Source of the DNA: a virus
Taxonomy: Duplodnaviria; Caudoviricetes
Strand: one strand, 5' to 3'
DNA: 34,043 bases
IMG/VR virus record: IMGVR_UViG_3300032269_000057
Coordinates: 1-34,043 of that record
The translations under genes and the position numbers were made by a program. This document shows positions 26,991 to 33,538 of the stretch, piece by piece. How positions within the stretch are numbered: position 1 is the stretch's first letter; each line of letters begins with the position of its first letter. The notes below the pieces were generated by a model, which was not told the DNA's origin, made no database searches, and was given only the letters and a program-made list of their open reading frames with translations.

Positions 26991-28223
26991 ATGAGCAGAA
27001 ACGGTAGCGGTACTTATTCATTGCCAGTAGGCAACCCTGTAATAACAGGTACAACTATTAGCTCTACATGGGCTAATAACACTCTTACAGACATTGCTAA
27101 CGCATTGACAGGTTCATTAGCGGCAGACGGTCAAACAACCGCTTCTGGCAACCTTAATATGGGTACTAACAAGATTATTAACCTTGCTGACCCTACAAAT
27201 GCTCAAGACGGTGCTACTAAATACTATGTAGACCAACTTATTGCTGCTTTAGGGACAATGGCTTACCAAAATGCCAACTTAGTAGCCATTACTGGTGGTG
27301 CTATTTCCAATGTGGATTTAAATTTAAGCGCAAAAACCAATGAAGTTTATTTGCCAAAAGGCCCTACATCATTGCGTACCGCTTCACCTGTTACTGGTAT
27401 ATTGCGCTACAACACTACAGAAAGCTATTACGAAGGCTATACAGGTGGAGTTTGGGTTAGGTTTCAAACTTACCCACAAGGTGCATATACTTTCACTTAC
27501 CTTATCATAGCTGGCGGTGGCGCTGGTGGTTATGTTAATAGTTTTGGCGGTGGTGGCGGTGGCGGTGGATTTATTAATAGTTCATTGTCAGTTAACGCAG
27601 GCACTACTTACACAATGGTAGTTGGTGGAGGTGGTACTGGTATTGGTGGTGCAGGTACTAATTCTTCTATTACAGGCGTTGCTATAGCTTCTGGCGGTGG
27701 CGCAGGTGGTCAAGCTGGTAGCTATGTTAGCGGTGGTAATGGCTATGCAGGGGCTTCTGGCGGTGGCGGTGGTTCTGCTGATGGCGCTTCACCTGGCGCA
27801 GGTGGCGCAGGTGTTTCAGGACAAGGAAATACTGGTGGTAATGGCGCAACATTCTCAGGCGGTGGCGGAGGCGGAGGCGGGGCAACTGGTGGCAACGCAG
27901 CAGGAAATGCGGGTGGTGCTGGTGGTATTGGTCATTTAAATACCATAACTGGTAGCGCTGCCTATTATGGCGGTGGCGGTGGTGGTGGCGGTAGTACGGC
28001 TGGTACTGGTGGCTCTGGAGGTGGTGGTAACTACTTATCAAACGGCAGCATTAATACTGGCGGTGGCGCAGGTGCTGGCGTTACTAATGGTGGTTCAGGC
28101 GTAATTATTTTGTCTGTCCCTACTGTTAACTATAGTGGTACTGTTACTGGTGGCCCAACTGTTACTGTTTCTGGCGCAAACACTATTCTTAAATTTACAT
28201 CTTCTGGTACTTATACGGCTTAA
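26991..28223 (+). CDS. Tail fibre/spike protein with a Gly-rich domain
   Basis: MSRNGSGTYSLP head-binding-type N-terminus; LIIAGGGAGG...GGSGVIIL Gly-rich module. Confidence 0.8.
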   Translation: MSRNGSGTYSLPVGNPVITGTTISSTWANNTLTDIANALTGSLAADGQTTASGNLNMGTNKIINLADPTNAQDGATKYYVDQLIAALGTMAYQNANLVAITGGAISNVDLNLSAKTNEVYLPKGPTSLRTASPVTGILRYNTTESYYEGYTGGVWVRFQTYPQGAYTFTYLIIAGGGAGGYVNSFGGGGGGGGFINSSLSVNAGTTYTMVVGGGGTGIGGAGTNSSITGVAIASGGGAGGQAGSYVSGGNGYAGASGGGGGSADGASPGAGGAGVSGQGNTGGNGATFSGGGGGGGGATGGNAAGNAGGAGGIGHLNTITGSAAYYGGGGGGGGSTAGTGGSGGGGNYLSNGSINTGGGAGAGVTNGGSGVIILSVPTVNYSGTVTGGPTVTVSGANTILKFTSSGTYTA

Positions 28224-28232
28224 AGGAATACT

Positions 28233-28385
28233 ATGTTTATTGTTACTTGGTTATTTGACAAAATGGGCTATATTCCCAAAATTACTGTAGATACTGCATG
28301 GTCTTTTCCTATTGCCAAAAAAGCTACAACTATTGCTAAAAAGCCAACAGTAAAAAAAACAACAGTTCGCAAAAAGAAAGCATAG
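28233..28385 (+). CDS. Small Lys-rich protein (50 aa)
   Basis: AAGGA RBS; MFIVTWLFDKMGYIPK...KKPTVKKTTVRKKKA; not in the ORF track. Confidence 0.7.
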   Translation: MFIVTWLFDKMGYIPKITVDTAWSFPIAKKATTIAKKPTVKKTTVRKKKA

Positions 28386-28386
28386 T

Positions 28387-28602
28387 ATGGCTGACCTCGA
28401 AAATTTTGATATGTTTAAATTTGGTGGTCTGGTTAATCAGGTTGAAAATTTGCAAGCAAAAGTAGACTCTATGGATAGGGACATTAAAGAATTACTTGAA
28501 TTGGCTAATAAGTCAAAAGGTTCTTTGTGGGCTTTAATGGGTGTAGCTTCATTAGTTGGTGGTTTTGTTGCTTATATAACAAATTTGTTATTTCATAAAT
28601 GA
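28387..28602 (+). CDS. Coiled-coil protein with a C-terminal TM (lysis cassette; holin/antiholin-like)
   Basis: Coiled coil followed by KGSLWALMGVASLVGGFVAYI. Confidence 0.7.
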   Translation: MADLENFDMFKFGGLVNQVENLQAKVDSMDRDIKELLELANKSKGSLWALMGVASLVGGFVAYITNLLFHK

Positions 28603-28802
28603 GGCGAACAACTAGGGGTGTTATGCACTCCAAGACAATGTGGTTTTCCCTTGCATTAGTAGTGCTAGGAGTGGTTTATGATAATTTTAGTTATGTTGAA
28701 AATATTATTGACCCTCGTTTGTATGGCGTACTTCTTATTTTTATTGGTATTGTTGTTGCTGTGCTTAGATTTGTAACCACACTTCCATTGGATGAAAAAT
28801 AA
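28599..28802 (+). CDS. Putative holin (two TM segments)
   Basis: SKTMWFSLALVVLGVV and GVLLIFIGIVVAVLRF; lysis-cassette position. Confidence 0.7.
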   Translation: MRRTTRGVMHSKTMWFSLALVVLGVVYDNFSYVENIIDPRLYGVLLIFIGIVVAVLRFVTTLPLDEK

Positions 28803-29215
28803 TGTTTCCATTACCTTTTAGTGCTTATATTTACATTGCTTTAACTGTTGCCGCAATAGGCGGTATAGGCTATGGTAAATATGAGTCTGTAAAATATGAT
28901 AGTTATGTAGCTAAAGCAGAATTAGCCGCAAAAGAACAAGAAATGAAAAATGTGGCGAAAGCCAAAGAAGCTAACCAAGTAACTGAAAAGGTCAAAAATG
29001 ATTACGAAAACAAGCTTGCTCTTATTAAGCATACTTATGGTGGGATGCGCCTCTCCAGTAGCGGTGAAACAGGCTCAATTTCCTACTCCACCAGCGCAAC
29101 TGATGGCACAGCCTCCGACCCTAAATTTATTGAAAAATGTGCAATAACCACACAACAACTTGTTTCATTGCAAGCATGGTTAAATGAACAAATAGGCATT
29201 TTTAATGCAAGGTAA
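28802..29215 (+). CDS. i-spanin (Rz-like)
   Basis: N-terminal TM, coiled coil, embedded lipoprotein gene. Confidence 0.8.
   Translation: MFPLPFSAYIYIALTVAAIGGIGYGKYESVKYDSYVAKAELAAKEQEMKNVAKAKEANQVTEKVKNDYENKLALIKHTYGGMRLSSSGETGSISYSTSATDGTASDPKFIEKCAITTQQLVSLQAWLNEQIGIFNAR
28998..29147 (+). CDS. o-spanin (Rz1-like lipoprotein) nested in the +1 frame
   Basis: MITKTSLLLLSILMVG|C lipobox and Pro-rich mature part ASPVAVKQAQFPTPPAQLMAQPP; not in the ORF track. Confidence 0.85.
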   Translation: MITKTSLLLLSILMVGCASPVAVKQAQFPTPPAQLMAQPPTLNLLKNVQ

Positions 29216-29717
29216 TTTTAAAGAGTGTTTGGAGTTAGTTTTAAAGTCCGAAGGTGGTTGGGTTAATAATCTTAAAGACCCTGGCGGTGAAACCAATTTA
29301 GGCGTTACTAAGGCTGTTTGGGAAGAATGGGTAGGTCACCCTGTAGAGTCCCTTAAAAAGCTTACCAAAGACGATGTAGCACCTTTATATGAACAAAAAT
29401 ATTGGAGGCCTTGCTATGGAGAAGTATTACCTAGGGGACTCGACTTTATTGTGTTTTCAATGGGAGTTAACGCAGGGCCAGGCAGAAGTATTAAATTGCT
29501 TCAATCAGCTATTGGATGTGTACCTGACGGAATTATTGGCCCAACAACAAGAGGACTTATTTCCTCCAGTAATATTGCAACTCTTATCGCAAAATTCTCA
29601 GAAACTAGGCGAGAATATTACCGTACATTAAAAACCTTCCCCATATTTGGGAAAGGTTGGCTTAATAGAGTAGACAGAGAAGAATTAGAAGCTATTGAAA
29701 TGACTAAGCACTCTTGA
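29205..29717 (+). CDS. Endolysin, glycoside hydrolase family 108 with a PG-binding domain
   Basis: SEGGWVN..DPGGETNLGVT, DGIIGP.T, FGKGWLNRV. Confidence 0.93.
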   Translation: MQGNFKECLELVLKSEGGWVNNLKDPGGETNLGVTKAVWEEWVGHPVESLKKLTKDDVAPLYEQKYWRPCYGEVLPRGLDFIVFSMGVNAGPGRSIKLLQSAIGCVPDGIIGPTTRGLISSSNIATLIAKFSETRREYYRTLKTFPIFGKGWLNRVDREELEAIEMTKHS

Positions 29718-29915
29718 GCCTTTATTAAGCTGTCCTAAAGGCGTTTCTAGGCGTTTTACACGGTTGTCTGGGTGACATACCCATTTATTTCCCATGCGCT
29801 TTATCATAGCCTTAGAATTGGCTGCATTTTGCTTTATTAATAATTCATACATTGGATAGCTAAAGCGCCCAGCTTCAATCATTTGTTTTAATAAACTCTT
29901 GTCGTTCTTTGTCAT
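29685..29915 (-). CDS. Hypothetical protein
   Basis: AGGGGAAAACC-ATG RBS; MGNKWVCHPDN. Confidence 0.7.
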   Translation of the reverse strand: MTKNDKSLLKQMIEAGRFSYPMYELLIKQNAANSKAMIKRMGNKWVCHPDNRVKRLETPLGQLNKGSRVLSHFNSF

Positions 29916-30000
29916 GGTTTTCCCCTATAGTAATTTCACCACCATTAACATTAATAGTGTATGACCCATCTTTTTCTTTAATTATTACAAAATCATTCAT
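29875..30000 (-). CDS. Small hypothetical protein (41 aa, MNDFVIIKEKDGSYTINV...)
   Basis: ATGA overlap with the upstream gene; not in the ORF track. Confidence 0.45.
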   Translation of the reverse strand: MNDFVIIKEKDGSYTINVNGGEITIGENHDKERQEFIKTND

Positions 30001-30179
30001 CCGCAAGTCCTTATCCATATACCGCTTGCTTTTTGCATAACGCAACCGCCAACCATTTGGTTTTGCTCATACGGCTCTTTTACACATTCTTTTATTTCAG
30101 CAACAGGCTGTGGCGTAGGCATACTTAAAGACACAATTAAACCAACAGCTAATAGCACTATTACAATATTTTTAATCAT
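29997..30179 (-). CDS. Small membrane-anchored/exported protein
   Basis: Hydrophobic N-terminus; three Cys; AAGGGA RBS. Confidence 0.7.
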   Translation of the reverse strand: MIKNIVIVLLAVGLIVSLSMPTPQPVAEIKECVKEPYEQNQMVGGCVMQKASGIWIRTCG

Positions 30180-30340
30180 TTTTTTCCCTTTTTTTGATTT
30201 TTATTTTGCTCAATATACTCACGCAAAATGCTAATAATCCCAGCTTCTACCAATATTCCAAGTCCTTCAGCGTCAAAATGCACTAATGCGTCTGCGCTGC
30301 CGTCTTTATGCTCTTTAATTATCTCTACTTGAATGTTCAT
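30176..30340 (-). CDS. Small hypothetical protein (54 aa, MNIQVEIIKEHKDGSADALVHFD...)
   Basis: ATGA overlaps at both ends; not in the ORF track. Confidence 0.7.
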   Translation of the reverse strand: MNIQVEIIKEHKDGSADALVHFDAEGLGILVEAGIISILREYIEQNKNQKKGKK

Positions 30341-30561
30341 TTCTCTTGTGCCTTTCTTAGTATTGCTCTAGCAAAAACTCTAGCATCGTATTCTTCGCTG
30401 TATGTTTCTTCAATGTTTCCCCAAACTTCAATGATTTCCTCATCTGTTAGTGTCTTTGCTGGATGGGTGTAGAGTGGTGTGCCAACCTTTAAAACAGTAC
30501 CAACCAATACAGGGTCAAATTGTCTTACGCCTGTTACAAAAGCTACTGGTTCATTATTCAT
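30337..30561 (-). CDS. Hypothetical protein (EPVA...PLYTHP...LTDEEI...FARAI)
   Basis: GGGGAAA RBS; ATGA overlaps. Confidence 0.75.
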   Translation of the reverse strand: MNNEPVAFVTGVRQFDPVLVGTVLKVGTPLYTHPAKTLTDEEIIEVWGNIEETYSEEYDARVFARAILRKAQEK

Positions 30562-30791
30562 AATTTCCCCATTTCTTCTTTCATTTTCATAGATTTAAGG
30601 TAATTTCTTAAAGCCTTGTCATCTTCATTAAATATTTTGTTGTAAAGCTGACCAGTAGGAATTCTAGGAATGTCTGGTTTAAAAGTGCCGTGCAACATAA
30701 AAGAAGAAAAGGCCCTACAAGCTAATTCGTATTGTTTGCACCTTTGCGCCCATTCACAGTCGTCACATGGGCTTATTTCATTTAATTCCAT
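30558..30791 (-). CDS. Cys-rich hypothetical protein
   Basis: PCDDC...C...LAC..F; start chosen at MELNE after AAGGG. Confidence 0.7.
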   Translation of the reverse strand: MELNEISPCDDCEWAQRCKQYELACRAFSSFMLHGTFKPDIPRIPTGQLYNKIFNEDDKALRNYLKSMKMKEEMGKL

Positions 30792-30969
30792 TACGCCCTT
30801 TTTGTGCGTAAAGTTCTTCGTCAAATTTATGCCAAAAGTCTAATTCATTAACCATTTCGGTTATGTCGTGGTCGCCAATGTAAGCGTATTCAATGTGACC
30901 GTTATAACCACGCAATTCAATGGTGGTGTTGCCAAAAACTACATTACCAACTAAATGTCCGTCTTTCAT
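30778..30969 (-). CDS. Hypothetical protein
   Basis: AAGGGGAAA RBS; 63 aa. Confidence 0.7.
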   Translation of the reverse strand: MKDGHLVGNVVFGNTTIELRGYNGHIEYAYIGDHDITEMVNELDFWHKFDEELYAQKGRNGIK

Positions 30970-31055
30970 ATTTTTCCCCTTTTGAAAAGTTTAATTTATT
31001 AAAAATTCATGCAGTTTGTTATAAGTGTTTACCCTAGCTTTTGCACAAATACGAC

Positions 31056-31106
31056 AACTTTACAATAAACACAAAAAACTTTACATTAAACCCAAAAAAC
31101 TTTACA
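31056..31106. repeat. 21-bp tandem direct repeat (about 2.4 copies), iteron-like
   Basis: AACTTTACA cores at 31056, 31077 and 31098; unit AACTTTACA(A/T)TAAAC(A/C)CAAAA. Confidence 0.8.
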
Positions 31107-31111
31107 AAAAT

Positions 31112-31197
31112 GGGCTGTATTTGGCAGTTATTACGAATGGGCGAGAAAGCCGTAAAATTACCCAATTACTGCATCCTACATTGACGGCTTAACGCCC
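31112..31197 (-). ncRNA. Candidate pseudoknotted structured RNA
   Basis: Four nested stems plus a 7-bp loop pairing AAGCCGT/ACGGCTT. Confidence 0.6.
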
Positions 31198-31210
31198 TAA
31201 AAAATAAGGT

Positions 31211-31266
31211 GGGGGCGGTCTGCACGGACAGACTTGGTAGATGGAAGGGGAAACCATCTCGCCCCC
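31211..31266. ncRNA. Three-way-junction RNA element with an RBS-complementary loop
   Basis: Perfect stems 31211-17/31260-66, 31218-22/31229-33, 31239-44/31254-59; strand unresolved. Confidence 0.65.
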
Positions 31267-31270
31267 GTTG

Positions 31271-32020
31271 TTAGTTTAAACCATTCTTTAGTTTGTATAT
31301 TTTAAGAAGGGCCAAAAACATTTCATAGCCATCTCTAAGGTCTTGCTCGCTATGCTCATATATTGCTACTTCCCCAGTAGTGCCATTTATGTATACATTG
31401 GCGCACCGTGCAGAGGGCGCTAAAACTTCTCTATAGGCTGCAAGCTGTAGTGTATGCTCTAGGTAGGGTGTTTGTTCACCAGGGGATTTTTCCGTGGTCT
31501 TAAAGTCAATTACTACCCCAGAAAAGTCATGGCGTGGTTTACAGTACAAATCGCACTTACCACCATAGCCTTCTTGGGCGTTGACCAAACTTTGTTCGGG
31601 TATCCAGAATTGAGCGCCAAAATGGGCCGTTATAGCCTTGTCTACAGTAATTACATAGGAAGGTGACTCAGGTATAAATTCGTTGTTATAGAAGCTCTCT
31701 ATCCAATCATGAATAGCAGTGCCTCTGTCCATTGCTTCTCTAGATTTAGACTTAGAAAGCTCTAATATTCTGGCAATGTAGTCCTTTTCTTCTTCCCCAT
31801 CTTGTTTAGGGTTTTCAGCAGCAGCTTTAATGGCCTCTGTTTGAAACCATGTATTTAATCCATTTTTAGCTAATTGCCCATTTATGGTGGACACAGAAGG
31901 GACTAAAGTACCTGGTGCTGATTTAGCGTCACGCAAAGTAGTGTTGCGTTCTTTACCATTTTTACCAATGGTGGTATACCTTGGTTCGCCTGTTTTGGCG
32001 CAATACCAATGCTCACTCAT
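31271..32020 (-). CDS. PD-(D/E)XK exonuclease (Cas4/RecB-like fold)
   Basis: PSVSTI, RGTAIH, E..L, YGGKCDL, IDFKT, QLAAY motifs. Confidence 0.85.
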   Translation of the reverse strand: MSEHWYCAKTGEPRYTTIGKNGKERNTTLRDAKSAPGTLVPSVSTINGQLAKNGLNTWFQTEAIKAAAENPKQDGEEEKDYIARILELSKSKSREAMDRGTAIHDWIESFYNNEFIPESPSYVITVDKAITAHFGAQFWIPEQSLVNAQEGYGGKCDLYCKPRHDFSGVVIDFKTTEKSPGEQTPYLEHTLQLAAYREVLAPSARCANVYINGTTGEVAIYEHSEQDLRDGYEMFLALLKIYKLKNGLN

Positions 32021-32039
32021 ATTTTCCCCTTTTACTGCA

Positions 32040-32243
32040 TTAATTAAGTAATTCTAGTATAGCTTCTCTGTCTATTGGTGTAGCACAACAATCCGCACAA
32101 GTTTGAATGACCTCACGAATAACAGCAGCTAAGTCATTTACTTCAAATGCTATTAATTGTCTTTCTTCATCAACCCCAAAAGGTTCAGTAGAAATTATAG
32201 CTTTATCACCAATAACATCTCGTATTTGACTTAGCATAGTCAT
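32040..32243 (-). CDS. Hypothetical protein
   Basis: AGGAG RBS; 67 aa. Confidence 0.7.
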   Translation of the reverse strand: MTMLSQIRDVIGDKAIISTEPFGVDEERQLIAFEVNDLAAVIREVIQTCADCCATPIDREAILELLN

Positions 32244-32246
32244 CTC

Positions 32247-32504
32247 CTAAAAAGGTACATTGTCATCAATAAAGTTATTTTTAGGTAACTCATCGCTACC
32301 AGCTTCTTTAAAACCTAAAGGTGTTTTTTCTTTGCCGATTGAAATGCTAAAAAACTTGCCTTTTTTGCCTTCTTTAACCCAACCCGAAAGCCAATGCTCT
32401 TTACCATTAACCATAACTGTACCCGTGTAATCAGGGTGGTTTTCAGTCGTCTTACGGTCATTTTTAAATAGTGAACCGCTACCTTCTTTTGGTATGTAAG
32501 CCAT
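32247..32504 (-). CDS. Small ssDNA-binding-like protein
   Basis: GSLFKN...HPDYTG...WLSGW OB-like core; acidic DDNVPF tail; next to ERF. Confidence 0.7.
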   Translation of the reverse strand: MAYIPKEGSGSLFKNDRKTTENHPDYTGTVMVNGKEHWLSGWVKEGKKGKFFSISIGKEKTPLGFKEAGSDELPKNNFIDDNVPF

Positions 32505-32514
32505 GTCATTTCCT

Positions 32515-32955
32515 TTAAATGTCTATTGATTTAACTACTGGTTTATTTACTGGTTTATTTGTTGCGGCTACAGAATTATTGCCGTCATCATCTGCTTGCA
32601 CAATTCCGCAAAATCCAGCTAAAGAAATTCTTCGCATATAAGTCACCGCAGAGGCACAACCATGACTGTCTGCTTTAGTTACAGGCAAAGACATTTCTTG
32701 CTCAATCCATTCACCAGAGTTATGGCACAAGCGTGTTATTAACCACATGCGGCCCTCGAAAAAGTTTCCAGGCATTTGTATAACACTAAGACCGTTTGCA
32801 GCCAATAAACTGCGACAAGCACCCCAAACAGACTCCAAATCAGCGTAAGTAGATTTGAAGAAAGGATTTGCCGAGTCTTTTTTAGCATAAGTGAGCTCCC
32901 CTTGAACTTTAGACAATGCAGTTGCTAATTCTTTAATAGAGTCAGATTGAGGCAT
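32515..32955 (-). CDS. erf: ERF-family ssDNA-annealing recombinase
   Basis: [31 protein letters not shown]...GI...DDDGN; GGAGG RBS before the ATG at 32955. Confidence 0.9.
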   Translation of the reverse strand: MPQSDSIKELATALSKVQGELTYAKKDSANPFFKSTYADLESVWGACRSLLAANGLSVIQMPGNFFEGRMWLITRLCHNSGEWIEQEMSLPVTKADSHGCASAVTYMRRISLAGFCGIVQADDDGNNSVAATNKPVNKPVVKSIDI

Positions 32956-33151
32956 TTGAACCTCCAAAGACATTACCAAAGTCGTTAAAAACTTCTTGCA
33001 ACAAAACATTGTGTTTGTTGTTGGGTTTACCGCAAGCTGCACGAATTACATCTATATCATCCTGTGATATATCTGTACCAAACTCCATGTTGTTTAACGC
33101 TATTTCTAAGCGTTCTTCCATTTCCATCATTACTTGTGCCATTTCATCCAT
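32942..33151 (-). CDS. Hypothetical protein, first gene of the leftward operon
   Basis: AAGGGAG RBS before the ATG at 33151. Confidence 0.75.
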   Translation of the reverse strand: MDEMAQVMMEMEERLEIALNNMEFGTDISQDDIDVIRAACGKPNNKHNVLLQEVFNDFGNVFGGSNASI

Positions 33152-33171
33152 GTTATTTCTCCCTTTGGCGC

Positions 33172-33187
33172 ATAGCAAAATTGCTAT
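33172..33187. promoter_or_regulatory. Perfect inverted repeat, candidate operator or leader hairpin
   Basis: ATAGCAA-AA-TTGCTAT at the predicted leftward transcription start. Confidence 0.5.
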
Positions 33188-33193
33188 ATAAAT

Positions 33194-33223
33194 ACTTTAA
33201 CACAAGTAAATATAAAAAGTAAA
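33194..33223 (-). promoter_or_regulatory. Leftward early promoter (pL-like)
   Basis: TTTACT, 18 nt, TAAAGT with an extended -10 TG. Confidence 0.5.
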
Positions 33224-33227
33224 GTCT

Positions 33228-33256
33228 ATGCAAATAAACAACAATTAGGTTAAACT
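33228..33256 (+). promoter_or_regulatory. Rightward early promoter (pR-like) giving a leaderless cro-like mRNA
   Basis: ATGCAA, 17 nt, TAAACT, then 6 nt to the ATG. Confidence 0.55.
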
Positions 33257-33262
33257 GCGTTA

Positions 33263-33538
33263 ATGGACACTAAATTAAAACTAACCGACACCGCTATTAT
33301 TGACCTACTAGGTGGTACAGCAAAGGTAGCAAGAATGTGCAAAATAGACCCAGCAGCCGTTTCTAATTGGCGCATTAGGGGAATACCAGCCGATAAATAT
33401 ATGTTTTTGGGCGCAAGAATAGAAAAAGAAAGTCATGGTTTAGTAACTAGGCAAGACTTATTTCCTACTAGCTTTTGGCTAATATGGCCTGAGTTGCTTA
33501 AAAACAACGCATTTGGCAAACAAAATGAAACTGAGTAA
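33263..33538 (+). CDS. Cro/YdaS-like HTH transcriptional regulator
   Basis: IIDLLGGTAKVARMCKIDPAAVSNWR..GIP HTH; TRQDLFP...IWPEL C-terminus. Confidence 0.85.
   Translation: MDTKLKLTDTAIIDLLGGTAKVARMCKIDPAAVSNWRIRGIPADKYMFLGARIEKESHGLVTRQDLFPTSFWLIWPELLKNNAFGKQNETE

Noticed and set aside
27727-28041. His/Arg-rich minus-strand ORF
   Set aside because: Antisense shadow of the Gly-rich (GGN) fibre codons; no RBS
31056-31106. Mini CRISPR array
   Set aside because: Units are contiguous with no unique spacers; the nearby nuclease sits in an ERF/SSB recombination module and no cas genes are present
31211-31266. tRNA or tRNA fragment
   Set aside because: Only two arms, no T-loop or D-loop consensus and no anticodon arm; no tRNA seen anywhere in the window
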